This document shows, one piece after another, positions 12,320 to 24,147 of a stretch of DNA of 64,000 nucleotides; position 1 is the first letter of the stretch, and each line of letters opens with the position of its first letter. The notes below the pieces were generated by a model that worked only from the letters and a program-made list of their open reading frames with translations, searched no databases and was not told the origin of the DNA. The stretch is from NCBI GenBank assembly GCA_051294375.1, contig CM119263.1:26759525-26823524 (forward strand), in the 5' to 3' direction. Made by a program: the position numbers and the translations under genes. The DNA is from Paraspadella gotoi. Taxonomy: Eukaryota; Animalia; Chaetognatha.

Positions 12320-15310
12320 CCATACCTGAAACCCCCACAACCCACCCACCCACACCGGTCCGAAAACCCAAATTCCCTTCCACCCCTCCCATCTCCCTCG
12401 CCTTCGGAATTACGTTCCGCGGTTCCTGACGAGTCAATTTTCAGGGAATAACTTTGCGTCACGCCTCGTTGCCCTTTTCGTGTCACCTGCTTTGGAGCGT
12501 CCGGGCGACTTTGACGCTCGGCGCCCTCTGGCTCTTCGTGGTCTTCTTCTGCTGACGTAGAGAGCGAACGCCATTAAAAAAACTTTTTTTTTATGTCATT
12601 ATGTTAGAATCCTATGTATTGAGTTGTTTTGATGCTCCACTTCCTCGTGTGTCATCCTCGAATTTTGAAATCTTAGTTAATTATTTCCTGTTTAATTGCG
12701 GAGAAGAATGATTTATTTATCATCACATTACGTAACTACCGCATAGACAAACAAAAATCGCGTTAGAATCAATTGTTAATTCACTATAATAACTTCCAAT
12801 TTCAAAAATAAAAACAAATAACTATCTAATCAGTTTATCCCAACTTTACCAATGCAATCTCTGTCTCTCTCAAACTGTCTAATATCTAAATGACCATCCT
12901 GGTTAAAATCCCCAAAAGGAATCACCAATCCATCCGTATGAGAAAATGCTCCAAGAAGCATTTCCATCCTCGCTCCCATTCTTGCCCATTACGTTTTCGA
13001 CGTCCAATCATAGCGCTGAACATCGACACCGACCATTTCGACGTTTCGCATCCGCGAATCTGCATTCAGTCTTAATCACCTTTTTGACGTCAACGAAGAT
13101 TCTCTTCGGGTTTGACGTCAGCCCTGACCATCAAACGTGACGTTCACGATCTATTGACGTCTCTTCCGGCGATGTGGCGTCGATGTTCGCGTCAACCGGA
13201 ATGCGCCGTGCGGAGCTCCGCGTTATCTGAATGGGAGCGACTCAATAAGATTATTGGTCACGTCGGTTGACAGCTTACGGCCAGGACGACACAGAGCATG
13301 CAAATCGAGTTAAAAAAAAAAAAAAAAATTAAGCAAAAAACCTCTTTTGATGATGCCATCTGGGCCTGCCTCTTAGTTTCATCGACTGTGCTGGAGCGCG
13401 CATTTTCTCGATCTAAATTGTAGGTTAGTGCTCTTCAGGTTTTGCTGAATAAGGTATTTAACAGATATCCCTGATATCGAACCAGAGAATTAACTCTCGG
13501 CTTTCATCTGTATCCCTCAATTCTCATCTCGGAAACTTCCGTCTGTATACCCACATCCAAGGGTGTATTTCTATCTCTATTACTTAGCCATCTCTATTTT
13601 TATCTCTAACCCATCCCTGGTCCCATTTCTATTACTTCCCATCTCTATTTTTATCTACCATCTCCATCTCTATACTCACCCCTATATATCTAACGCCATC
13701 CAGGTCCCATTCCATTATCTACCCATCCTGGTCCATACTTCCTCTTAAATAAAAAGAGACACCACATCTTCGAACGCACCCTCTTCTATCCAAATGAAAG
13801 AGAGGAAGTATGGAAGGGGAGGGGGGGCGGTTTGAGTATCGTCACGCACCCATCTCTCTTCTCATCGAAAAAATAAACACCATCAGTTCAGTCTTCGTTT
13901 CCGTCGTCGTCGTCTCCGTCATCGCTTCATCTCAGCAAAATTTAGGCCAAGTTCCTTTCGGACGTTGAGCTCCCTATTGCCGCTTATTTCCCAAGGGGAA
14001 ATTCTTCCCCGCGACATTCGTCTGAGAGAATTTCCAAATTGTAACAAGGTCCAGGGTGGGTCTTTACTCAGCGAAGATGGCTAATTATGTACATTTAATT
14101 TTTAACTTTTTCGCTCCTTCTTAACCGTTATTCTTCTCGTTTTACCTTTGAACTTCTTATATTTCTTAGTTCTCCCTTTTATTGTTTAATTCTTGTTATT
14201 TTCCTTTTTTTTGTTTTTTTTTGTTTCTCTCTCTCTTTCAGTTCTTTTCATTTCTAGTATCTCCTTCCAAATCTCCTTTCTCATCTTCATTCTAATCTCC
14301 TTTTTCTCTATCTCATTTCCCTGAAGGTTTAATATCGTTTGTCACCGCGAGAAAAAACGACGGAACTTACGATTCTGTTCTCTTGGTCGTCGACGTCGTC
14401 GTCGTCGTCGTGATCGTCGTCGTTGTGAGCGTCGAGGTCCGTCGTTCTTCCTCTCTCGCTCGGATCGTCGTCGTTTGTGCAGCATCGAGGTTCGTCGTTT
14501 TTCCTCGTCGTCTGTCGTCGTCCTCCTTCTCTCAGAACGTAGATTCGCATTTCTGTATTAAAACCAATTTTTTTTTTAAAGTGGAAATAGAGGCCTTTGT
14601 TTTCTAGGCATTACTTATGTAGATAGTGATAGGTCGGTTAGTGCGCCGAAAGTCACGTCGATAGCGCTGGCACGCACTATTTAGTTGACATCAAAAAAGT
14701 AAGCCAGGAACAGTTTTTTTTTGTATAAATAAGATTTAAATTTTATACAATTATTTTTTTTTTATGTGTTCCCCTCTAAATCTTAGCTAAGGTGGTAAGT
14801 GCTGGCTTCTCCCTATAGTATACCAGAAACTTTTCTTTAATATTAATAAAATAATTTTTTGCCTCAAAAAATAACTACGTTTTTATTTTATTTTTTAATT
14901 CTTATTTTCGCCAAGTAGTATGGCAAATGAAGCTTCTGTTGCTCCTCGCTAAGAACGCTAGCAACCGAAAAGAGAAGCGAGTCAAGTTTTTTTTCTAGGC
15001 CATCGGTAAATTGATGGCAGCAGCAATAAGATGCGAGCCGTGGGTAGAAGTGGTAGTGTAGCAAACGGTGCATCAAACTTTATAGACTCAAAATTCAATT
15101 TAATAATCAAATTTAAACTTGAAAGTCACCCACTTTCCAGTTTTGTTTCTCTTTTTAAATAGTTGTCCCTTTTTAGTCATTTCTCACAGGGTCATTCTCC
15201 CTTGGTAATTATTCTTTCATCCCCTTTCTTTTCTTGTCACCTCTAAGTTCACACACCAATTGCTTGAGGTCATCCCTGTGTTTTGCAAGTGAAACCAAAG
15301 AGTCTCGCCT

Positions 15311-15360
<50 letters not shown>

Positions 15361-16521
15361 TTGGCATCTCCGTTTTTTTCTGTCAGAACTTTTTCCCGTT
15401 CTCGAATTTAATTAGTGGGAAGAAGGAAAAGGCGGAGATTTAACTTGTCGCGGTGTTTGCTCATTCCCTCTCTGTCTCTCTCTCTGTCTTTTGCTTATTC
15501 ACTCGCTCTCCTTCTTTTTCCTGGACTGTCACAAAGTTTCGCAAAACGAATTTTTAATAACGGAACTTAGAAACGTAGCAAATTATGAAAACTAAGGTTG
15601 CGCGGAGAGCACTCGGAGAACGATTATGTAATATTATTTTTCTTCTTAATGATATTTTTTATAATATGATTTTTTTTCTTCGGCAAAGGTGGTTTTACGT
15701 AATCAGAAGTCAACATAAATTTGTGACTAGTACCTAGTACAAGATAATGAAAACATTTTTGGTGAAAATATTTTTTTAAAGTGAGATTACGTTTTCTATT
15801 TTCTATTTGGTGAACTTGGAAATTGAGTAAAAGTCTGTTGTCAATGCGTCCCAGCTTAATTTATTTGAAGAAAAAGAAAGTTTTATATTGGACACAGCAT
15901 CGAGTTAGAAAATCCTGTATTTGGCAACCGCTGCGTCCAGACAATCGCCCTAACTTTGAGACGTGTGTTTTCAATAAAGTTTTTACGAGACAGAAGAATA
16001 CCTTTGGCTTAAAGGTCAAACAAAGTTATTGCTTCTATTTAATATTCTTAAACAAAGAAGCCAAACTGTTTGAGTCTTTTGTTTTTAGTTTTTTTTTTCG
16101 TTATTTTTTTCCATAATTTTTCCGTCTTCGTTTTGTCTTCTTTTTTCATTTAGTTTTTCCTATTTCTTTATCGTTTTTTTTAAATAAAAATTGTCCCCGG
16201 TTACTTCTTTTAGGAAAAAAAGATAATAAATTGATAAAAAAGAAGAGAGAAAATAAAAGGAAAAAGGTAATAAGGAAAGCGGCTTGAGAGAGAAAGAAGA
16301 AATAAGAGATTAAAGAAAAGATGGCGCTTACTCCGAGAAAGAAAAGGAGGAAAGAAAAAAAAGAGAGGAAAAAGAAAGGAAAAAAATTGAAGCCGAAGAC
16401 TAAAAGGAAAGAAGAAAGTAATCTCAGTGTATCTGACGGTCGGAATATAGGCTACCCCCGTTTTATTTTGGCATTCATTTCTTTTCCGTTATTACGGGAA
16501 CTCGAAAATTCTCTCTCTCTT

Positions 16522-16617
<96 letters not shown>

Positions 16618-17460
16618 AACGATTTATATCTCCCGTTTTTAGTTGAAAGTAAAATCCCACAACAAAATTCGATATCGTAAAAGATGCAACAATAAAAAAA
16701 AGGAAGCCGAATCGGTAAGAGATAAAACTAATGAAAAACCGTAAAATTTCATAACAAATAAAAACACAATAAAACCGCAACAAACAAAANNNNNNNNNNN
16801 NNNNNNNNNNNNNNNNNNNNNNNNNNNNNNNNNNNNNNNNNNNNNNNNNNNNNNNNNNNNNNNNNNNNNNNNNNNNNNNNNNNNNNNNNNNNNNNNNNNN
16901 NNNNNNNNNNNNNNNNNNNNNNNNNNNNNNNNNNNNNNNNNNNNNNNNNNNNNNNNNNNNNNNNNNNNNNNNNNNNNNNNNNNNNNNNNNNNNNNNNNNN
17001 NNNNNNNNNNNNNNNNNNNNNNNNNNNNNNNNNNNNNNNNNNNNNNNNNNNNNNNNNNNNNNNNNNNNNNNNNNNNNNNNNNNNNNNNNNNNNAGGGCGA
17101 CTGAACCTTGCTTGCACGGAAGGACAGTGGGGGGGGGAGGTGTTAAGAGTGAAAATGAGAGTGAGTGGAAATAATAAGTAAAGCAACAACCAGGGCGGGC
17201 AGGATAACTTTTAGAAAAAAATTGTCAAAGATGTTGATGATTTCAGAAAAAAAAACTTTATTTCAGTAACTCTTAACTCTTAACTTCTTTTAGAAAAATA
17301 CGAACTAATACAAAGGATAAGTTCCTTTTTGGTGGAAAACAAATATTATCTTCATGGAGATAGTTAACAAACTCGACGCTAAGTAAAGAATTATCGACGT
17401 TTACGCCAACGTTGAAAAGCGTAGGCGAACCATCAAAAAATGTACGTCGACCTTAGCAAA

Positions 17461-17475
17461 AATAATAATAATAAT

Positions 17476-17566
<91 letters not shown>
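17461..17566 (+). repeat. (AAT)n microsatellite
   Basis: Near-perfect trinucleotide run. Confidence 0.95.
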
Positions 17567-17568
<2 letters not shown>

Positions 17569-18717
17569 GATTTTTAATAATGATAATAATAGCAAAACGT
17601 ATACCAACAACAACAACAACAACTTCAATCAAATCGTCGAAAGAAAAAAAAATGGCAACGGATGGCGCCAGTCAAGGAGTTCGCAATTTATCGCCCGATT
17701 TATTCGCCCAAACAGGTTCAGCCTTCTGAATCTTTTTTTCCCCTCTTCTTCTTTCTCTACTCCCTCCTCCTCCTCCTCCTNNNNNNNNNNNNNNNNNNNN
17801 NNNNNNNNNNNNNNNNNNNNNNNNNNNNNNNNNNNNNNNNNNNNNNNNNNNNNNNNNNNNNNNNGTTTTTCTCATTTTCTTCCTCATTTCCGACTTTTGC
17901 ATCCCCGCGCGAATGAAATCCCCCCGGTGGCGCTATCGCGTTTGATGGTGGTTTGGTTTTTTTGCGGTGGTGGTCGATGGTGGTTTTTGTTGCGCGGGTC
18001 ATAATCGGTGGTTCGGTCCCATGGAGTTATTGTGGAGGGTTCGTGGGTTACAGTGTGGATTTATTTCCTAAAACCCTGTAGTTGAGATGATTTTAAAAGT
18101 TGCACACTCGCGGTAGTGATCCTTATTTATTTGTCGGGTGAGTTCATTAGTGGTTTCGATTGTGATAGCGCTCCATTTTCTATAGAAAAAAAAATCCAAT
18201 CAAAGAAGAGAATTGCGGATTCGCGAAAGAATAAAAAAAGAAAAGAATAAAAGGAGGTGACGATTCTTGATGCCGCGATTAAAATACTCCTCCCCCCCTC
18301 CTTCGCCCCCCCCCTCTGTGCTCACAATTTCATCGCAAAAAAAGAGGAGTTAGTATTCAAGTTTATTAGAATAATTTAGTTAAACGTCTGATTCTAAATA
18401 GGTTTTAGTAAGGGAAGATGTGGGGATCAAAGTGAAAAAATTTATGCTTGGAACGAAAAAGACCCATTTTTTGCCAAGGAAAAGTATTCGTTTTGAAAAT
18501 TAATCTTTTAAACTGTTTCTTTTCGTGCGAAGCAAGACGACGACAACGACGACGACGATTACGACGACGAACAATGAACGACGAAATGGGGAACGATGAA
18601 CGAAACAAGGTGATTGTGAACTCTCAGACCGAACATGCAAATTAGGCGGGGGACCAAAAACGAAATAAGAAGGTGGCTCGAAATTAGATTCTTTCTCTCT
18701 CTTTATCTCTTTTTTCA

Positions 18718-18719
18718 TT

Positions 18720-18814
<95 letters not shown>

Positions 18815-18855
18815 ATCTTTCTTTCTTTCTTTCTCTCTTTCATTCTTTCTTTCTC

Positions 18856-18890
<35 letters not shown>
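18718..18890 (+). repeat. (CTTT)n microsatellite
   Basis: Tetranucleotide run. Confidence 0.95.
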
Positions 18891-20330
18891 CCAGTATCGC
18901 TAATGATTTTTACAAGGGTTTTTTCTTATCCCAACCCCTTGGGACAGGGGGCGGGCGTTTCTTGCCAAACTTGTTGTTGTCCTGGGCGATTTTCGTTGTT
19001 GTCGTCGTCGTCTTTGCAAGGAAAGGAAGGTGAAAGGTAGTGGCATAGATGGTGGAACTAGAAAAGAAAATATTGCCAAGGAAAGAGATTGATGTAGTTG
19101 GCGTTGCTTATGGATAAATTAATGACGGATTATGACGTAGATGGCGCCGCAGGTATCCTCGACGCGGCGACCGGCGAAGGTGCGAAGGGAGGCGTCCCTG
19201 GTCGTCATGGCGACCCAATTACCAACGTCGATTTAATGAGGGAAAAAAAAACCGCGAAACCGATTCCGTCGCCATGGTTACGACGGGGGTGGAAATTTTG
19301 AATGCAGGTGCGGCGATGCAGGCGCACCTGTCAAAAGTTATAGGAGGTGCGTCGAAAATATCCTTTGGAGAAAGAAAAAGAACGTTTAAGTAATGATACT
19401 TTTGTGCCAGGAGTTTATTTTTTTTAATACTACGTATATCTTTTTATATTTTTAAGGTTTTTTTCGGTTATTTTAAAGCTGTTTTATTTTACGGTGTAGT
19501 TTATTTTCTCTTAAATTTATTTTTTGAAAAACATTAATAACTTTTTTAACATTTCATTTTTTTTTCCTGTTAACTCCCCATATTAAAAAAAATATTTTTT
19601 TCATATGTTTCAACAACTTTTTATACCTTTTTTTTCTCTCTTCTGAAGAGGACCATCGAGGTCGCATTTCTGCCTCTCGCCGGCAGAGGGACTTCAAGCC
19701 GCGACCACCGTCTGCCTAATTTGCATAATGGCCGCATTAGTGGCCGAGAAATGAAGACCTCGACGAGGTTTAGGGGACGGGAACGACGACGACGACGACG
19801 ACGACAGTGACGACGACAAAAATTGTGACGAGGACGAAGACGATGACGAAGACGACGACGACGATGATACTGACAACGACGACGACGACGTTGACAACCA
19901 TATTTTGGGTGATGACGAAGAGGACGACGACAGAAAAAAAATTGACGACGATGACAATGACAAAAATGAAGTTTTCATCGTCGGAAAATATTTCAACGTT
20001 TTTTTCGTATCTATACTATACTATAGTGAGGTTTATATCTTTTCAAATTTTGAATAAGTATATCGTTTAGTTAAATACCTGTCTTTTTTTAGCTAAAGTC
20101 TCGAGTTTCAACCCGCTTTTCTTGGCTCAATAAGAGAGTGACTCAACGGTATATTCTTTGGTCGCAATAGCAATAAAACAATCATACAAAAACCGGACTC
20201 TTTGACTCATCTATGTCATGAGTCATGACGACTCAAAATGAGAAATAGAACCACAGCTACAGACACGGCTACAACCACGAAGACAATCAGGCTGTGGAGA
20301 AAAAAAGGCTACTGCGTCTCATTCATGGGG

Positions 20331-20471
20331 TCGAGGTAAGGGAATTAATTCGTCGTTGTTACGGATTCGCGGTAATGGTATTAATTCTAAGTTGTTACGG
20401 ATTCGCGGTAATGGAATTAATTCTAAGTCGTTAGGGATTCGCGGTAATGGCATTAATTCGTCGTCGTTACG
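20331..20471 (+). repeat. 36 bp minisatellite, ~4 copies
   Basis: attcgcggtaatggNattaattctaagttgttacgg in contiguous units with no spacers. Confidence 0.88.
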
Positions 20472-21707
20472 TTTACAAGTCGTCGTAAGTAGATTCACTA
20501 CGAACTCATTACGATTCCATAAAATCCTTTTATTTCTCTCCCTCTCTCCAAGGGACAGTCGGCCGTCGAGGAGCTTTAATGAGTATGAGTATTGGGGGGC
20601 TGAGGAGAGGAAGAGAGAGAGAGAGGAGAAGAGAAGAGAGAGAGAGACGAGAGAGAGAGAGAGAGAGAGTAGAGAGAGAGAGAGAGAGAGTAGCAGGAGA
20701 GGAGGAAGAGAGCAGAGAGAGGCAGAGAGATGAGAAAGATAGGAGGCCACCAAGTAGGAAATCGATCCAATTATTTGGCTCGAGGGAAATTCCGTTCCCG
20801 ATTAAAAATGGCGACTTTTTCCGGCGACAAATATTTCGCTGGGATTTTCGCAGCAGAGATTTACTGTCGAATCTGGGGGGGATTTTGTTTTTAAGTTGAG
20901 AACAATTTTTTTTGTTGATAAATTCGAAGAAATGAAAGACATGAAAACTCACTTCGTTGAACCTTCCTTTTTTTATCTTTCACTGAAGTTCTTGCCAAAC
21001 TTTTTAATCATTACTGTACTTGAATCTGATCCAAATTTTTAATTTCATTTTTTCGTGCTGGAAAGAATTTTACCTTTTTTTTTGGTCTCCTAGGATTAAT
21101 CGCTTCATGAGGTTGGAATGAGTACAAGATTCAACGCACTTTTGTTTTAATCTTCTCTCGTTCATCTTTCACTCATCTCAATTTCCTCCAATCTCATAAT
21201 CTCCTCTTTTCCACGAATGGAAATGTCTCCGTTTGCCTAAATACAGTTTCCACTTGCATTAACCTACTTTTCCATGTTTATCGAATCTTCTGGGATTCGT
21301 TCAGATCTTGGAATGTCCTTACGAAAACCTAATCCACCCCATAGCCACATTGACTCCTGCCTACCAGCCCTCAACTAAAACCCCTGACCCACTTCCTCGC
21401 TCCCTATTTTTTTCTCATCAACTCTGGCCAGTGGCCACGCCTCCAATATCCGGTAGCTCAATCAGTTTTTTCGGGATGAGAATCTGATTTTTCGCCATGT
21501 TCGATTCTTCCATTTTGTTCCCTGATGGCCGTCAGAAGTAGATTTTATGTTCTGGTGATTTCTAATAAATAGAAATAGTGCATTATATAGTTTTCTTATC
21601 TTATAAAGTCTTTTTATCTTACATAACAGTGAAATGTAATCTTTTTTCTAAAAAAAAACAATTATTTTAAGTTTGTTTTTCTAATTTTCTCCACAACTTA
21701 ATCCTTC

Positions 21708-22649
21708 TCATTCCCCATAGTCGTAAAAGTCCTCTAGCGGCGTCCCTCCCCACTTGGCCTCGATCTTAGCGTCGATGGCGTCGTTCATGGCGACCGTCAA
21801 ATGACGCCGCCAATCGCCGACCACGCCGCGTCTGTACATCGAGGCGCCGGGCTTCATCATCAAACTGTTGGGGGGATCCTTGTCGGCCTTGACCCTTTCG
21901 AAGGCGCTCGCCTCCGCCACCCGTCGGTAAAACTCTTCGTCGTAATCGAAGCCCAAAAATTCTCCCAATCGCCTCGAAGTTTCCGCCGGTGATTTCTTCA
22001 ACTGTTCGAACGTGATGTGAATCACGTGATCTTTCCCGCGGAGTTCACGGTGATACTCGAGTTCGTAGTCGAAGTAAGACCCGTTCTGAGCGTCGCTCGG
22101 TTCGTCCAAATTGAGACGTAAAAAGTTTTCCAGACTGTCCTCGTAAAAGTAAGACTTGATGTTGCGGCAGTGATGATAATAGGACACGAGGACGTCTTTG
22201 GGATTCCGAGAAATCCGCACGATCCTGCAATTTCCCTCGAAGATCTTTTTGGGCAAGAATCCGTAAGGAAGATGCGTCAGAATTACTCTGGGCGACGCCA
22301 TCTTTAAAAAATGCTCCGCCGGACGGGGAAATATCTCCAAGAAGTTGACGAGTTTGACCTCTGGATGCAGACTGGCCTCCTTGGTCAAGAGCATGTGGAG
22401 CACCTCGTGGATAAAGTGATGTCCGCATTTTTGGTAGGAGACGACGAAGATGTCGTCTTTGCGGAGGGGAAAGTGGACGAGCGAATCGAGGGCCGACTCG
22501 AAGGATTTCGAATCGAACCAAGGAAAGAAGACCATCCGAACTCCGCGGACGATCAGCGGCGAGACCCGCGCCACGCCGTCAGGACGCCGCCCGTTGTCTC
22601 GACGCTGCGCCGCCCGCAGCAGATTGACGGCGCCGCGGAGACCGTCCAT
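21708..22649 (-). CDS. Cytosolic (SULT1-like, Sulfotransfer_1 family) sulfotransferase, ~313 aa, single coding exon as seen
   Basis: Uninterrupted ORF with SULT motifs in the expected order: LRKDDIFVVSYQKCG (5'-PSB loop), PRVILTHLP (catalytic His), RNPKDVLVSYYHH (3'-PB), FEQLK, and MYRRGVVGDWRRHLT (C-terminal RKGxxGDWK motif). Start placed at the first in-frame ATG after the N gap (cat at 22647-22649, MDGLRG...). The frame stays open up to the gap at 22721, so the true start or an upstream exon may differ. Confidence 0.93.
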   Translation of the reverse strand: MDGLRGAVNLLRAAQRRDNGRRPDGVARVSPLIVRGVRMVFFPWFDSKSFESALDSLVHFPLRKDDIFVVSYQKCGHHFIHEVLHMLLTKEASLHPEVKLVNFLEIFPRPAEHFLKMASPRVILTHLPYGFLPKKIFEGNCRIVRISRNPKDVLVSYYHHCRNIKSYFYEDSLENFLRLNLDEPSDAQNGSYFDYELEYHRELRGKDHVIHITFEQLKKSPAETSRRLGEFLGFDYDEEFYRRVAEASAFERVKADKDPPNSLMMKPGASMYRRGVVGDWRRHLTVAMNDAIDAKIEAKWGGTPLEDFYDYGE

Positions 22650-23719
22650 GCTGTAGCTGAGGGCCAAGACTTGGAAGAGTTCCGTGGCGAGTTGAAAGAG
22701 GCGGTGGAAGAGGACGACGGGNNNNNNNNNNNNNNNNNNNNNNNNNGTAAAGGAAATGGAAGCTCGAAACATTTCTTTTTCCTTTTCTTTTTATTTTTGT
22801 TTTTTTGTTTTGTTTTTAAATTTTTCAGAGATTCGATGAGAATTGGGATTACTGCTGAGGCCCGGAATGAAAAATAGGGAAGATCCGGGAACAGGCGAGA
22901 CTCAAGGACAGTCAAATCTTAAGAACTGAGATAAGAATAAATTACCAAAGTTTTAGCCAGAGAAGAAGTCAAGAAGAAAAGGGTAAAAGAGAGTAAGGAA
23001 AATATTTTTAAAATATAAATAGTATCTCAAAACAAGTACAAATAAAAAATTTTCAAAATTTTTATGTGTTTTTTGAGACACCAAGCGCTGTATTGGTTTA
23101 AGAATGAAAATTGTTTCGTATAGTATTCGATTAAAAAAATAATAAATTTAATAAAAGAATGACCTTGCAATTAACTAACAAGCTGTTTGTGCTGTGCACG
23201 CATATTCATAAAAAAAAATGAATGCAGGAACCACTCCACATTGGAGACGAGTTGGTTCTTCCTGTGGCGAAGATCACGAAAGAAGATGCAAAAATGAGAA
23301 ATTCGCGAATGAGATTGTCGTCGGAAAAAGAATGGGAGGCGTGTGGTGGCGAGTTGGTGGACTTATGGGCGTGGATGTGGTGAGTTTGTGGTTTTATTGG
23401 TTTTGGGGGGGGGGGAAGATGGTGGGGAAGAGACAGGTGGTCGAGTGATAATTGTGTCACAAAAAATGGATGATGGATGAGACAATTGAGAATTGAGAAA
23501 GGGCGAAAAATAGAAATGGATGTCCGGTTTATTTTATGTCAAATAACTTCAGGTATTGAATAATAAGTAGTTTATAAACACAAGCATGAGCTGATTTTCT
23601 AATTAACTTACTTTAAAAATGAGACGCGGCCCGACTACATATATCTCTATCTCTCTCTCTCTCTCTCTCTCCTCTCTTCCGGATCTCTCTCTCGGTCAAG
23701 CTAAGTCTTCTCTGTGCAT

Positions 23720-24116
23720 CTTTTTCTCCTCTCGCCTCTGCATGCCCTTCTCGTCGAACCACCGCCACAAATTTAATCGCTCGAGCCTGCTGGTCGCTTA
23801 ACCGAAACAATAATGACAGAGCCGACTGCCAATTTTATTTCATTTTTGGAAAGAGCTTCATTTTTTTTTAAACGCCCAAAGACATCATTAGTAACGCACG
23901 TCGTTGGTAGACCGTCGGCTTAACGACTTCAATTTCCTTAATCTTTAAAACGAATTCATAATTTCAAAAACAAAGACGGCTCTGACGAAGTAATCGCAAC
24001 TTCTTATTTTTTATTCCAGATTTTGTTTTGACATACCGAATCGACATACAAAAAAAATTGTTTCTCTATATAAAAAAGTTTTCCTCCCTCTTCTCATCTC
24101 TCTCTCTCTCCTCGTC

Positions 24117-24147
<31 letters not shown>

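Larger units (their letters stand above)
8797..15088 (-). repeat. Inverted duplication, arm B (indel-rich; carries the LTR element)
   Basis: Colinear reverse complement of 4748-7529 with scattered 1-2 bp indels, interrupted at 8961-12319. Confidence 0.9.

Noticed and set aside
15901-15933. hAT-like terminal sequence (...tttggcaaccgctg)
   Set aside because: I found no partner TIR or 8 bp TSD.
20331-20471. 36 bp repeats of CRISPR-like length
   Set aside because: The units are contiguous with no unique spacers, there are no cas genes, and the context is eukaryotic. It is a minisatellite.
22045-22915. Overlapping ORFs of 120-188 aa on both strands
   Set aside because: They are shadow frames of the GC-rich sulfotransferase CDS.
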